This document shows, piece after piece, positions 39,813-49,122 of a stretch of DNA of 64,000 nucleotides. Source of the DNA: an uncultured Pseudomonadota bacterium (GTDB lineage Bacteria > Oederibacteriota > Muellerivitia > Muellerivitales > Muellerivitaceae); the NCBI GenBank assembly GCA_963770835.1, contig CAVYRH010000004.1, forward strand, positions 384,001 to 448,000, written 5' to 3'. The position numbers and the translations under genes are program-made. Every line of letters starts with the position of its first letter. Positions within the stretch are counted from its first letter, which is position 1. Below the pieces are notes generated by a model. That model was given only the letters and a program-made list of their open reading frames with translations. It had not been told where the DNA came from and searched no databases.

Positions 39813-40253
39813 TTGCCACTGGAATTCGTATCCCATTATCCCGAATGGCACCACGTCCTGTTCAAGATCAAGGACGCGGACCTGTCCATCCACTTTTACA
39901 GCGAATACCTGGGGATGGGGGCGGTTTCGGACCAAAGGGATGGCGACGGCAAGCGGTGGGTCTGGATGCGGTTCTCCGAAAACCCCTACGCGCCCTTTTT
40001 CGTTTTCGTGGAAGAGCCTCAGTTGAAGGGTTCCCACGGGACGTCCGCCGCCCCCCCGACCTTTTCCTTCCGGTTGCCCGATGTGAAACCCGTGGAGGAA
40101 ATCAGCGCCAAGGCCAAGAAGGACAATTGCCTCATTGAACCGGCCGGGTATGGAGGGCACATCAAGGGGTATTTTTGTGTGATTTCGGACCCCGACGGCA
40201 ATTTTTTGGAATTCTCCTATCAGCTGTCCCCCAAACCGGGGCAAACACAATAA
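39813..40253 (+). CDS. VOC/glyoxalase family protein
   Basis: HHVLF, SIHFY..LG, ISDPDGNFLEFSY. Confidence 0.85.
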   Translation: MPLEFVSHYPEWHHVLFKIKDADLSIHFYSEYLGMGAVSDQRDGDGKRWVWMRFSENPYAPFFVFVEEPQLKGSHGTSAAPPTFSFRLPDVKPVEEISAKAKKDNCLIEPAGYGGHIKGYFCVISDPDGNFLEFSYQLSPKPGQTQ

Positions 40254-40271
40254 AAGGTTAATTTTAAATTC

Positions 40272-41837
40272 ATGAACCCTTCCCACGCCTTCCGGAAAAA
40301 CCTCTGGATTTTGTCCCCCTCCGAAATCCTGACTTCCGCCCTGCTCGTTCTATTTTTCCTCTTGACGATGGGTGCTTGTTTCACTGAAAGGCCCGGCTGG
40401 GAAGCGGCCTTTTGGCAGGCCTTCCTTTCCTGCTTGGTTTGGGCCGGATGGCTTTATTTTGTGGTCGCCGTCCGCCGCCCGCCCCCCATCGGGCTCTGGG
40501 GCCTGGCGCGGGGCCTGGCACCCTGGGGAGGCTTGGTGCTTTGCTACAGCCTGATGAAACCCCTCGTGCCGGTGCTTCATCCCCAGCTTTACGACGCGCA
40601 GTTGCACGGACTGGATTTACGGCTCCTGGGCCGGGGGCCTTCCTTCTTCGAACAATTCCTCATGGGGCGTCCCCGCCTCACCGATTTTTTTTCCGTCTGT
40701 TACCTGGCCCTCTTCGCCTGGCTTTTGGGACTCCTGATTTATCACAGCACCCTCCGGCGCGTCCTCTACCAACGATTTATGTTGGGACTCATCCTGGTTT
40801 ATATCGGCGGGTTTATGGGATATCTCACTTACCCGGCTATCGGCCCACGTTTCGCCTATCCCGACGAGTGGATTTGGTTGAAAGGGGGAGCGGTTTACAG
40901 GGTTGCGGAGTTTTTGATCGTCAACTTGGGATCGCGGTTCGATGTCTTTCCCAGCCTGCACGGCGCCATCTCGGGCTACCTGCTTTTTTGGCAGGCCGCC
41001 CATGACCGCCGTTCGCTGGTGTGGGGCTTGCCCTTAACAATGGGCATCTGGCTTTCCACTTTGTTCCTGGGGTTTCATTACCTGCCCGATTTGATCAGCG
41101 GCGGCCTCTTAGCAGGGGTCAGCGCCTGGTTGGCGCCCCAGATGGAAGTCCTGGTGGGGGCCTACCGGCGATCCCTCCACCCGCCCCGCGTCTGGCTTCT
41201 TTCCCTCACGGAGGGCCACGGCGACTATTACGGAAAACTGGCCGGGCGTTTAAGCGACCTTCTCCCCTTGGGGGGCGAGACCTCCCCGGGGTTCATCTGC
41301 GGGGGAGTGCCGAAAAGCCGGGGAGAAGAGGCCGTCCGCCAGGCCCTGGGGGACCTGGGGGAGGGGCCCTTTTGGCTGAGGCCTTCCGATGTTTCAGGGT
41401 CCAAGAAAAGCACCCTCCAGGCCCTGAAACCCCTCTCGCTCGAACAAGTCGTCCGCGCGGTTTTCGCGCCCCCCACCAAGCGTTATTTCATCGCCCAGAA
41501 AGCGCTGAAGGTCTCGGCGGTCGGGATCTGCCGGTCCTTTCCGCCCCAAGGGCTCAAGCTGACGGACGTGGAAATCCGCATCAATTCTCTGCCCCGGGGA
41601 GACGAACTGATCCTCCGGCTCACCCCCAACCGGACCCTTTTCAAGGGCTGGTTGGATACGCCGTGGAATTATTTCCCACCCTCTTTTCCCTTAAGGGGCT
41701 TTGAGTTGTTCGACGTGGTCAAGCTGACCCGAAAACTGGCGGGCCGATGGGGGAAGTTCACCGAAGTGGAATGGATCCTTTCCGGCGGAAAGGTTTACGT
41801 CCTGGATGGGCGGCCGGTGCTGGAAAAGAGGGAATAG
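40272..41837 (+). CDS. PAP2/Aur1-like membrane phosphotransferase fused to a PEP-synthase N-terminal-like domain
   Basis: PAIGPR, FPSLH, HYLPD; C-terminus YGK..., PGF, EVEW...VYVLDGRPV. Confidence 0.75.
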   Translation: MNPSHAFRKNLWILSPSEILTSALLVLFFLLTMGACFTERPGWEAAFWQAFLSCLVWAGWLYFVVAVRRPPPIGLWGLARGLAPWGGLVLCYSLMKPLVPVLHPQLYDAQLHGLDLRLLGRGPSFFEQFLMGRPRLTDFFSVCYLALFAWLLGLLIYHSTLRRVLYQRFMLGLILVYIGGFMGYLTYPAIGPRFAYPDEWIWLKGGAVYRVAEFLIVNLGSRFDVFPSLHGAISGYLLFWQAAHDRRSLVWGLPLTMGIWLSTLFLGFHYLPDLISGGLLAGVSAWLAPQMEVLVGAYRRSLHPPRVWLLSLTEGHGDYYGKLAGRLSDLLPLGGETSPGFICGGVPKSRGEEAVRQALGDLGEGPFWLRPSDVSGSKKSTLQALKPLSLEQVVRAVFAPPTKRYFIAQKALKVSAVGICRSFPPQGLKLTDVEIRINSLPRGDELILRLTPNRTLFKGWLDTPWNYFPPSFPLRGFELFDVVKLTRKLAGRWGKFTEVEWILSGGKVYVLDGRPVLEKRE

Positions 41838-41859
41838 CTTGCCATCGAAAGTGGTCCGA

Positions 41860-42312
41860 TTGGAAAAACTTTTAATTTTCTTGGTTCTTCTCTTTTCCAT
41901 CGTGGGGGCGCGGAAAGCGCTGGCGGCCAACGAGATAATCACCGTACCAGTTGTCCTGGCCGATTATTACGGCTGGGCTTACACGGAAGCCTTCGAGGAC
42001 CACGCCGATATTTATGGATGGTCCACCGCCGGCGTGGATGCCCTGGGATGGACGCTTTTTTTCGCCGCCAACGACTATGACGCCGGGTTGTTTTTGGTGA
42101 ATACGGCCGGGTTGGCCAAGACCCTCTATCCAGTGGCGACGCTTTTGGGCGCGTCTGATTCCGCCGTCCGGGAAAGGGCCTGGATCGCCGTGGGAACCCA
42201 TACGGCGACTTTGCTGACCCTGGAATTATTGGGCCGTCCGGCCCTCAATGTTCAAACCAGCCTAGGGCCCAGCCGGGACGGTTATGGGGTTTCCCTCGCC
42301 TACAAGTTTTAA
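41860..42312 (+). CDS. Hypothetical exported/membrane protein (start approximate)
   Basis: Signal-like N-terminus; ends GVSLAYKF. Confidence 0.6.
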   Translation: MEKLLIFLVLLFSIVGARKALAANEIITVPVVLADYYGWAYTEAFEDHADIYGWSTAGVDALGWTLFFAANDYDAGLFLVNTAGLAKTLYPVATLLGASDSAVRERAWIAVGTHTATLLTLELLGRPALNVQTSLGPSRDGYGVSLAYKF

Positions 42313-42355
42313 CCACTGATATCGCGAGAGATATTTTCAAAGTCGAGGATGTTGT

Positions 42356-42450
42356 AAATTTTGAATTTTAAATGAAGGTCGCTTTTCGGTTTGGAGTTTA
42401 AAACGAAAAGCTGTCCTTAATTCATAATTAAAAATTTAGAATTTAAAATT
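42356..42450. repeat. AT-rich period-7 inverted-repeat element
   Basis: TAAATTT TGAATTT TAAATG ... TAATTCA TAATTAA AAATTTA GAATTTA AAATT. Confidence 0.65.
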
Positions 42451-42463
42451 CGCCCGAAGGGCG

Positions 42464-43438
42464 CTACTGGAAGTTGTAAACCAACCCCACCGTGTAAGCC
42501 GTGAAGCCCTGTTCCGTCGGCTTGGTGAAGGTTTGGGTTTTTCCCGTAATCGGGCTGAAAACCGTGCCGGCCGAATAATATTGCTGGCCGGCCTGGGCGG
42601 TCAACTGCAGTTGGAAGTCCTTCTGGAAGGTGACTTCCCCCTCCAAGATGGCGGAGGGTATGCGGTCGGATTGATTGATGGTTTTAACGTTTTCGTGGAC
42701 GATGTTCTGGGTTTGAAAGGTATAGTCAATTTCCTGTTGCCCTGTTAAGGAAAAGATCAGGAAGTCCCAAGGGACGAAGGAAACCACTATTCCGCCGCTC
42801 CAATCGCCGGTATCCACCTCAAGTATGGAATCCGGATTGGTGTTGTCCTTGGGATAAATCTGGTTTGCCGGCCCCTGGTGGTTTTCCAAACCCGCGCTTC
42901 CGGTGGGACCCACCGTGAGGGAATCCACAACCTGGAAATTTAAGTTCAGGGTGGAGGCATAAGAAGTCAGGGCGGAGGCGCCATCCTGTAACTGGAAGTT
43001 CAGGGAAGGAAGGAAAATCCCCAACCCCAAACCTCCCTCGCCTGTTATTTCACCGTAGTTCGTGTTGGAACCCTCCAGTAACTGCTGTCCTAGCCCGATT
43101 TCAACGGAAAAATAATCGCCGCTCTCGGTGATGTTATAGGTGCCGGTGAGGTTCAACTCCTTGGTGATTTGGCCCTGGCCTTGCTGGGTGGGCGCGGTGG
43201 AGTAAGTGAAACCCAGTTGCCCGGTCCAATGGGGGATGAAGATTTTTTCCGAAATATCCCCATAGTCGGTTGTGTCGTCGACGCTTTTGGCCGCGGAACC
43301 CGTAACGGCCCCGTTGGCGGCCGGTCCAGGGGCTGGCGCGGCGGAAGCTGGAGTCGGGACGGAAGCAGCTTGCGTTCTCAACGGAACCAAAAACCCGGAA
43401 TAAACCGCCATCAGCCCCAAAAGAAAATAAGTTCTCAT
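42464..43438 (-). CDS. Putative outer-membrane beta-barrel protein (paralog B)
   Basis: Signal peptide; EKIFIP, GGLGLGIFLPSLN, PWDFL; ends YNFQ. Confidence 0.7.
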   Translation of the reverse strand: MRTYFLLGLMAVYSGFLVPLRTQAASVPTPASAAPAPGPAANGAVTGSAAKSVDDTTDYGDISEKIFIPHWTGQLGFTYSTAPTQQGQGQITKELNLTGTYNITESGDYFSVEIGLGQQLLEGSNTNYGEITGEGGLGLGIFLPSLNFQLQDGASALTSYASTLNLNFQVVDSLTVGPTGSAGLENHQGPANQIYPKDNTNPDSILEVDTGDWSGGIVVSFVPWDFLIFSLTGQQEIDYTFQTQNIVHENVKTINQSDRIPSAILEGEVTFQKDFQLQLTAQAGQQYYSAGTVFSPITGKTQTFTKPTEQGFTAYTVGLVYNFQ

Positions 43439-43479
43439 GATCTTGTTCCCGAGGAGATTCAACCGGCAGCCCACCGATA

Positions 43480-44373
43480 TTACTTGAAACTATAGCTGAT
43501 GGAAACCGTGCCGCCCACGAAGTTTTGGGAATTGGCTTCCGTATTGGCCACCAAGCCGCCGGTTTCAACGCTGTAGGAAATCCCCGCCGGATAGTAAATG
43601 GTTCCCGCCTGGGGGGCAATCCCCAGGATGAAATTCTTGAAAATTGTGAAATCCATTCCCAAGGTCAATGTGGCCACCCGGTCCGTATTGGCAAGCTTGT
43701 GGATGATTCCCCGGTAAGTGATGTTGGTGCCGTCGTTCTCATATTCGAGGGTGGGGGAAATGGACCACCAGTCCCAGGGAGTGAAGGTGAAGCCCAGGGA
43801 GGAGGTGGCGGTGGTCGTGTCCACCAGGGCGTTTCCAGGCAGGATCGACATGAGGTCGGAAGCCGGGGTTTGGTGGTAACCCGCCGTCCCCCCGAAGACC
43901 AAGTCGACGGCCAAGGGGTCCCAAAGCTGGAAGTCGAGGGTCAGGTCGCCGCCGATTTGATGCCAGCCTTGTTGGCCGCCCCCCAGGTCCAAGTTCAGCG
44001 AAGGGCTAAAGAATCCCAATCCCAAACCGCCTCCCAAGACAAGGGTTCCGGTGCTGGAAGCAACCCCCTCTATTTTTTGGCGGGAGGTTTGGGCCCCGGC
44101 CGAAAGAAAATGCCCCCCTTCGGTGAGGTGGAAAGTGCCCGTGTACGCCAGGGTATTTGTCGATTGGCCGGCCTGCTGGTTGGCCGAGCTTAATTCGAAT
44201 TCATTCTCGTAATAAGGGGTGAAGAGTTTTTCTTCCGAATCATCGATGGAAGAATCATCGGAGGTTTGAACGGAACTTTTGCCCGCCGCCGGGTTTGTGG
44301 TTTGGGCCCGCAGCGGTGAACCAAGGGCCCCGGCCAGGATCAAGGCTATCCACAAATAGGCGTTCTTTTTCAT
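43480..44373 (-). CDS. Putative outer-membrane beta-barrel protein (paralog A)
   Basis: SD GGAGG; EKLFTP, GGLGLGFFSPSLN, PWDWW; ends YSFK. Confidence 0.7.
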   Translation of the reverse strand: MKKNAYLWIALILAGALGSPLRAQTTNPAAGKSSVQTSDDSSIDDSEEKLFTPYYENEFELSSANQQAGQSTNTLAYTGTFHLTEGGHFLSAGAQTSRQKIEGVASSTGTLVLGGGLGLGFFSPSLNLDLGGGQQGWHQIGGDLTLDFQLWDPLAVDLVFGGTAGYHQTPASDLMSILPGNALVDTTTATSSLGFTFTPWDWWSISPTLEYENDGTNITYRGIIHKLANTDRVATLTLGMDFTIFKNFILGIAPQAGTIYYPAGISYSVETGGLVANTEANSQNFVGGTVSISYSFK

Positions 44374-44505
44374 GCCCTCCCCTTTAACAAAGCGATTTGC
44401 GATTGGCGGCAAAGCTTCAGTTAGGAGTTGGACGGTTCAATCCCTTTAAAAGTTCGGCTGGATTTGACTTCCGGAGCCGAGTCCTCTTTCAATCAAGAAA
44501 AAGGA

Positions 44506-45225
44506 TTATTTTTGGACCTGACTGGCCGGTTCTTCCTTGAGGAAGGTATGGATGCCGCACTCGATCTTCCCGGTACCGGCCCAGCGGCCGGAACGCGGGT
44601 CCTCGCCCAGCTTCACGGGGCGGGTGCAGGTTTCGGGCGAGCAGCCGATGGAAAGATAGCCTTTTTCCCAAAGCGGATGGTAGGGCAAGTCGTATTTTTT
44701 TGCGTAGTCCCAGAGCATCTTGCTAGTCCAGTTGAGCAAGGGGTTCACCTTTACCAGGGTGTCCCGGTAGTTTTCAAGGAAGGGGGCGGCCTGGCGGGTA
44801 GCCGCCTGGTTGCGGCGGATGCCGGTGATCCAGGCTTTGTAATCCTTGAGGGCTTTCTCGAAGGGCGCGATCTTGTTCATGGCGCAGCAGGCATCCGGAT
44901 CCCTCTCGTAAAGCTTGCCGTATTGGGCGAGGAATTGCTCGTGGGGGATTTCGGGCGTCAGCTCGCGCAGATTCAACTTCAAGCGGCTCACCACGTAGTC
45001 CCGATGGTCCAGGGTTTCCTGGAAATGGAAGCCCGTGTTGGTGAAGAGCACGGGGATGTCGGGCTTGATTTGGGTGACCAGGTGCAACAGGACGGCGCTT
45101 TCGGAGCCAAAGGAGGTGGACATGGCCAAGTCCGGGCCGAATTCCCCCGCGGCCCAGCGGACGATATCCTCGGAGGTTTGGGTCTCGAAGTCCCGGTTTA
45201 ACTTTTCGTAATCGTAGGATTTCAT
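44506..45225 (-). CDS. cysH: APS/PAPS reductase
   Basis: TSFG, NTGFHF, CC, WITGIRR, SIGC, ECGIH. Confidence 0.92.
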   Translation of the reverse strand: MKSYDYEKLNRDFETQTSEDIVRWAAGEFGPDLAMSTSFGSESAVLLHLVTQIKPDIPVLFTNTGFHFQETLDHRDYVVSRLKLNLRELTPEIPHEQFLAQYGKLYERDPDACCAMNKIAPFEKALKDYKAWITGIRRNQAATRQAAPFLENYRDTLVKVNPLLNWTSKMLWDYAKKYDLPYHPLWEKGYLSIGCSPETCTRPVKLGEDPRSGRWAGTGKIECGIHTFLKEEPASQVQK

Positions 45226-45354
45226 AAAATCTCCAAGTTCCTCAACGGCCTTCGCAATCATACGTTGCCATGAAGGCAAAGACAAGGAAGGGGAGCCAAA
45301 ACCCTTTTTTTACGGGCCTGGAACGGCGGGGAGCCCCTTGAATCGGTTTTTACG

Positions 45355-45384
45355 TTGACGGTGGGTTAGGGTCCTGGCTATCTT
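45355..45384 (+). promoter_or_regulatory. Candidate sigma70 promoter
   Basis: TTGACG-N18-TATCTT upstream of 45421. Confidence 0.4.
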
Positions 45385-45420
45385 CGACGGCGACTTTCAA
45401 TCAAAACGGCGGGGAAAAGT

Positions 45421-46446
45421 ATGAAAATCTCAAGAATGCTGTTGGCCGTCTCCCTAATCGGGGTAACCCAGGCTCATGCCGATACTTCCCTGAAAGGCAC
45501 CGGCTCCGTACTACCGGCCCCCCTTTATTTAAAATGGATTGCAGAATGGCATCACACTCAAGCGGGTGTCAAAACCCAGTATGAAATAAAAGATTCCTCC
45601 GAAGCAGTCAATAAGGCGTTGAACCATGGTTCGGATTTCGCCGCGACCGACACCCCCTTCACTCTGGAGGAGGAACGCCTGGCACAGAGCCGGGCCATCC
45701 TTCATTTGCCGGTGGCCCTGGAAGCGGTGGCGATCACCTACAACTTACCGGGCGTGTCGACGGGCCTTCAATTGTCGCCGGCCATCCTCTCGGATATTTT
45801 CCGGGGCGTTGTCAAGAAGTGGAACAGCACGGCGATTAAGGAACTAAATCCCGGCGTCGAATTGCCGGACCTGGAAATTCGCGTGGTCCATCGGGAGGAG
45901 GAAAGCAGCCTTCACGATCTTTTCCCCTCTTTCCTGGCGAAACTGGATTCCCAATGGACCTTCAAAAGGGAAAAGGACAAGAAGCTCCATTGGCCGGTGG
46001 GGCAAAACGTGAAGGGGAACGACAAGGTCCTTGAGAAACTGCGCCTATGGCCGGGCACCGTCGCCGCAGTGGATCTTTCCTTCGCGGGACAAAAACACCT
46101 GCCCGTGGCCGCCCTGAAAAATGAGGCGGGAGAATTCGTCCCGCCCTCGGTGGAATCGCTTACCGCCGCCGTTTCCGACCTCCAGAACCTGCCGGAGGAT
46201 TTCCAGGTGAACCTGACCCAATCCCACGCCAAGGGCGCTTATCCCCTTTGCGCTTTTTCCTATTTCTTGGTCCATCAAAATTATTTCAACGTTTATCACG
46301 ACCACAAGAGAGGACAAGCTTTGGTGGATTTCCTGAATTGGGTTTTGACCGATGGCCAGAAGATGGAGGGCGATCTTTCCTACGCGCCCCTGCCGGAGAA
46401 TTTCCTTTCCCAAGTGAGGGAAAAAATAAAAACCATCAAGTATTAA
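45421..46446 (+). CDS. PstS-like periplasmic binding protein with divergent binding residues
   Basis: PAPLY, ITYNLPG, IKELNPGVELP, AYPL, YAPLP; no pstCAB nearby. Confidence 0.8.
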   Translation: MKISRMLLAVSLIGVTQAHADTSLKGTGSVLPAPLYLKWIAEWHHTQAGVKTQYEIKDSSEAVNKALNHGSDFAATDTPFTLEEERLAQSRAILHLPVALEAVAITYNLPGVSTGLQLSPAILSDIFRGVVKKWNSTAIKELNPGVELPDLEIRVVHREEESSLHDLFPSFLAKLDSQWTFKREKDKKLHWPVGQNVKGNDKVLEKLRLWPGTVAAVDLSFAGQKHLPVAALKNEAGEFVPPSVESLTAAVSDLQNLPEDFQVNLTQSHAKGAYPLCAFSYFLVHQNYFNVYHDHKRGQALVDFLNWVLTDGQKMEGDLSYAPLPENFLSQVREKIKTIKY

Positions 46447-47330
46447 TTTTTCCACCCCGGCTCTAACGAAGCTTTCATCCGCCCAATCAGCTGTTCCAAT
46501 TCCTTCCGCATTTCAGATCTGGAAAGCTTGATCCGCTGGCCGTGGCCTGGCAGTACCCATTCGAAGTCAAACCTCAAGAGCCTTTCCATGGATTCGGCCT
46601 GCTTGCGCCAGGAATACCAGGCCACGCTTTGGGAAGCCCCCAATTGCTTGCGCTTCCGGCGCCACCATAAATGGTCCCCAGTGAGGAGGAACCGGTCCTG
46701 GTAAAGCAGCACGCAATGGCCTTCCGTGTGGCCGGGCGTGGGGATGATCTTGAAACCCGGCACTGGTTCCAAAATGTCCATCCCCTGGACGAGGATTTCA
46801 GCACCCGGTTGGGCTCCCTTGTCCTCCTCGTGGATGATCCGCTGGGCCTTGAATCTTTCCGCGTACTTGGCGGCTTCGGCCACATCGTCCTGGTGGGTCA
46901 GGAAGATATAGCGGATTCCGCCGGCTTCCTCGAATTTCTGGACCAAGTGGGGGAGAAACTTTGGGGAATCCACCAGCCAGTTACCCGAGGGATGCCGGAT
47001 GAAGTAACTATTCCCGCCGAAGGATTTCGGAGAGTTGAAGCCGCAGTAAAAAACACCATCTTCGATTTCCAATGGGAAATCGTCCATGATTTCCCCGGAA
47101 TTGTTCTTGTGGAGGGTGCCGATGGAACCGGTAGGGCAGGCCAAGAGGGCCTGCATTGCGGCGCGAGTTTCTGCGAGGCTTAGGGGTTGGTTTTGGACGA
47201 AAGAAGTATCGCCCGCATCGTCAAAAACGCCCGGCGCCAACTGGCGGCAGGTGTCACAGTCGATGCAGGTGGAGTCCACAAAAAACTCGCCTTCGACATT
47301 TTGTGGAACGCTTTTTTTAAAATCCGCCAT
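46443..47330 (-). CDS. Ferredoxin plus metallo-beta-lactamase-fold protein
   Basis: CIDCDTC...CP; THQDD, PGHT, TGDH, PGHG. Confidence 0.88.
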   Translation of the reverse strand: MADFKKSVPQNVEGEFFVDSTCIDCDTCRQLAPGVFDDAGDTSFVQNQPLSLAETRAAMQALLACPTGSIGTLHKNNSGEIMDDFPLEIEDGVFYCGFNSPKSFGGNSYFIRHPSGNWLVDSPKFLPHLVQKFEEAGGIRYIFLTHQDDVAEAAKYAERFKAQRIIHEEDKGAQPGAEILVQGMDILEPVPGFKIIPTPGHTEGHCVLLYQDRFLLTGDHLWWRRKRKQLGASQSVAWYSWRKQAESMERLLRFDFEWVLPGHGQRIKLSRSEMRKELEQLIGRMKASLEPGWKN

Positions 47331-47469
47331 AAAAAACAAACCTTGGGTTTTGCCCTGAAAATAAGTGTTTCCCCAAGTTTGGGACGGGGTTGAAATAAAA
47401 ACAAGGCTCGGTTCAAATAATCCGCTAAAATAAAGCGCCTTACCCTAACTCTTTTTTTCCGAGGTCCCC

Positions 47470-49011
47470 ATGGCAAGCCCCAGTCCCGTGCTTTTGGAAA
47501 ATCCGCTTCGCCAGGGATTGTTCAGCGACCGCGTGCCCGAACCCTGCAGCCTGGTGATTTACGGGGCCTCCGGCGACCTGACCCACCGCAAGCTGGTGCC
47601 GGCCCTCTTCGACCTCTACCAAAAGCACATGCTTCCCACGGCCTTCAACCTGGTTGGCATCTCCCGGTCCAAGATGACCGACGAGGATTTCAAAAAGCAC
47701 CTGAAGGAATCGCTGAAACAAAGCGAATCCCAATTGTCGGATTCCCTTTGGGACAGCTTTTCCCAAAACTTCCACTACCTCTCGGGCAGCTATGACGATT
47801 TTAACGCCTACCAAAGCCTCTCCAAGCTCCTCGACGAACTAGACACGGAAAACGGCACGGCGGCCAACCGCATCTTCTACCTTTCCACCCCCCCCAACGT
47901 CTTCGAGAACATCATCTCCAACCTGGGGGCGGTGGGCTTGAGCCGGGAAGAAAAAGGTTTCGCCCGCATCGTGATTGAAAAGCCCTTCGGCCACGACCTG
48001 GACTCGGCCAAGGAACTCAACCTGAAGGTTAAGGAAGTCTTTAAGGAGAACCAGATCTACCGGATCGACCATTACCTGGGGAAGGAGACGGTCCAAAACC
48101 TCCTGGTGATGCGCTTCGCCAATTCCATCTTCGAGCCCATCTGGGACCGCCGGTACGTGGACCACGTGCAGATCACCGCCTCCGAGGATTTAGGCGTGGG
48201 CAGCCGGGCGGGTTATTACGAAAGCTCCGGGGTCCTCCGGGACATGTTCCAGAACCACCTTTTCCAGGTTATGTGCCTGATCGCCATGGAGCCGCCGGTG
48301 ACCTACGAGGCCAACGCCATCCGCGACGAAAAACTGAAGATCCTGAAATCGATCCGCCCCTTCGACGACCGCACCCTCACCCAATGGGCGGTGCGGGGGC
48401 AGTACGGCCCCGGCTACCTGGCGGGGGCGAAGGTTCCCGGCTACCGGCAGGAGGAGGGGGTCAACCCCAAGTCCATCACACCCACCTACGCCGCCATCAA
48501 AATCTTCCTCGACACTTGGCGCTGGCACGGTGTGCCTTTCCTGCTGCGCTCGGGCAAGCGCCTGCCCAAGCGGGCCACCGAAGTGGCTATCCAGTTCAAG
48601 GAACCGCCCAACCTGATGTTCAAAAACAACGCGACCGAGCTTTCACCCAACGTATTAGTCGTGCGCATCCAGCCGGACGAGGGCATCACGCTGAAGTTCG
48701 AGACCAAGGTGCCGGGCATGACCATGGAAGCCCGCACGGTCAACATGGATTTCCGTTACGGGACCACCTTCGCCGAGGGCACTTCCGAGGCCTACGAGCG
48801 CCTGCTGCTGGACTGCATGCTGGGGGACGCCACCCTTTTCATCCGCGGGGATGAAACCGAGGCGGCCTGGGCGGCTTTGATGCCGGTGATCAGCCGGTGG
48901 GAAACCACTGAACCGGAGGGGGATTTCCCCAATTACGAGGCCGGCAGTTGGGGCCCCGCCGCGGCCGACCACATGCTGGAAAAGCCCTGGCGCAAGTGGC
49001 GCAGGCTCTAA
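47470..49011 (+). CDS. zwf: Glucose-6-phosphate 1-dehydrogenase
   Basis: GASGDL, EKPFG, RIDHYLGKE. Confidence 0.97.
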   Translation: MASPSPVLLENPLRQGLFSDRVPEPCSLVIYGASGDLTHRKLVPALFDLYQKHMLPTAFNLVGISRSKMTDEDFKKHLKESLKQSESQLSDSLWDSFSQNFHYLSGSYDDFNAYQSLSKLLDELDTENGTAANRIFYLSTPPNVFENIISNLGAVGLSREEKGFARIVIEKPFGHDLDSAKELNLKVKEVFKENQIYRIDHYLGKETVQNLLVMRFANSIFEPIWDRRYVDHVQITASEDLGVGSRAGYYESSGVLRDMFQNHLFQVMCLIAMEPPVTYEANAIRDEKLKILKSIRPFDDRTLTQWAVRGQYGPGYLAGAKVPGYRQEEGVNPKSITPTYAAIKIFLDTWRWHGVPFLLRSGKRLPKRATEVAIQFKEPPNLMFKNNATELSPNVLVVRIQPDEGITLKFETKVPGMTMEARTVNMDFRYGTTFAEGTSEAYERLLLDCMLGDATLFIRGDETEAAWAALMPVISRWETTEPEGDFPNYEAGSWGPAAADHMLEKPWRKWRRL

Positions 49012-49014
49012 ATA

Positions 49015-49108
49015 GAGTCGACGGTCGACAGCCCACAGCTGACAGTAAAGGCAGGAGCAGGATTTCCAGGTTTTGCTGTCGACCGTAAGCTGTTGACTGT
49101 GAACTGAC
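49015..49108. repeat. Period-7 inverted-repeat element
   Basis: GAGTCG ACGGTCG ACAGCCC ACAGCTG ACAGT ... CTGTCGA CCGTAAG CTGTTGA CTGTGAA CTG. Confidence 0.75.
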
Positions 49109-49122
49109 GTTCGAGGTGTTGA

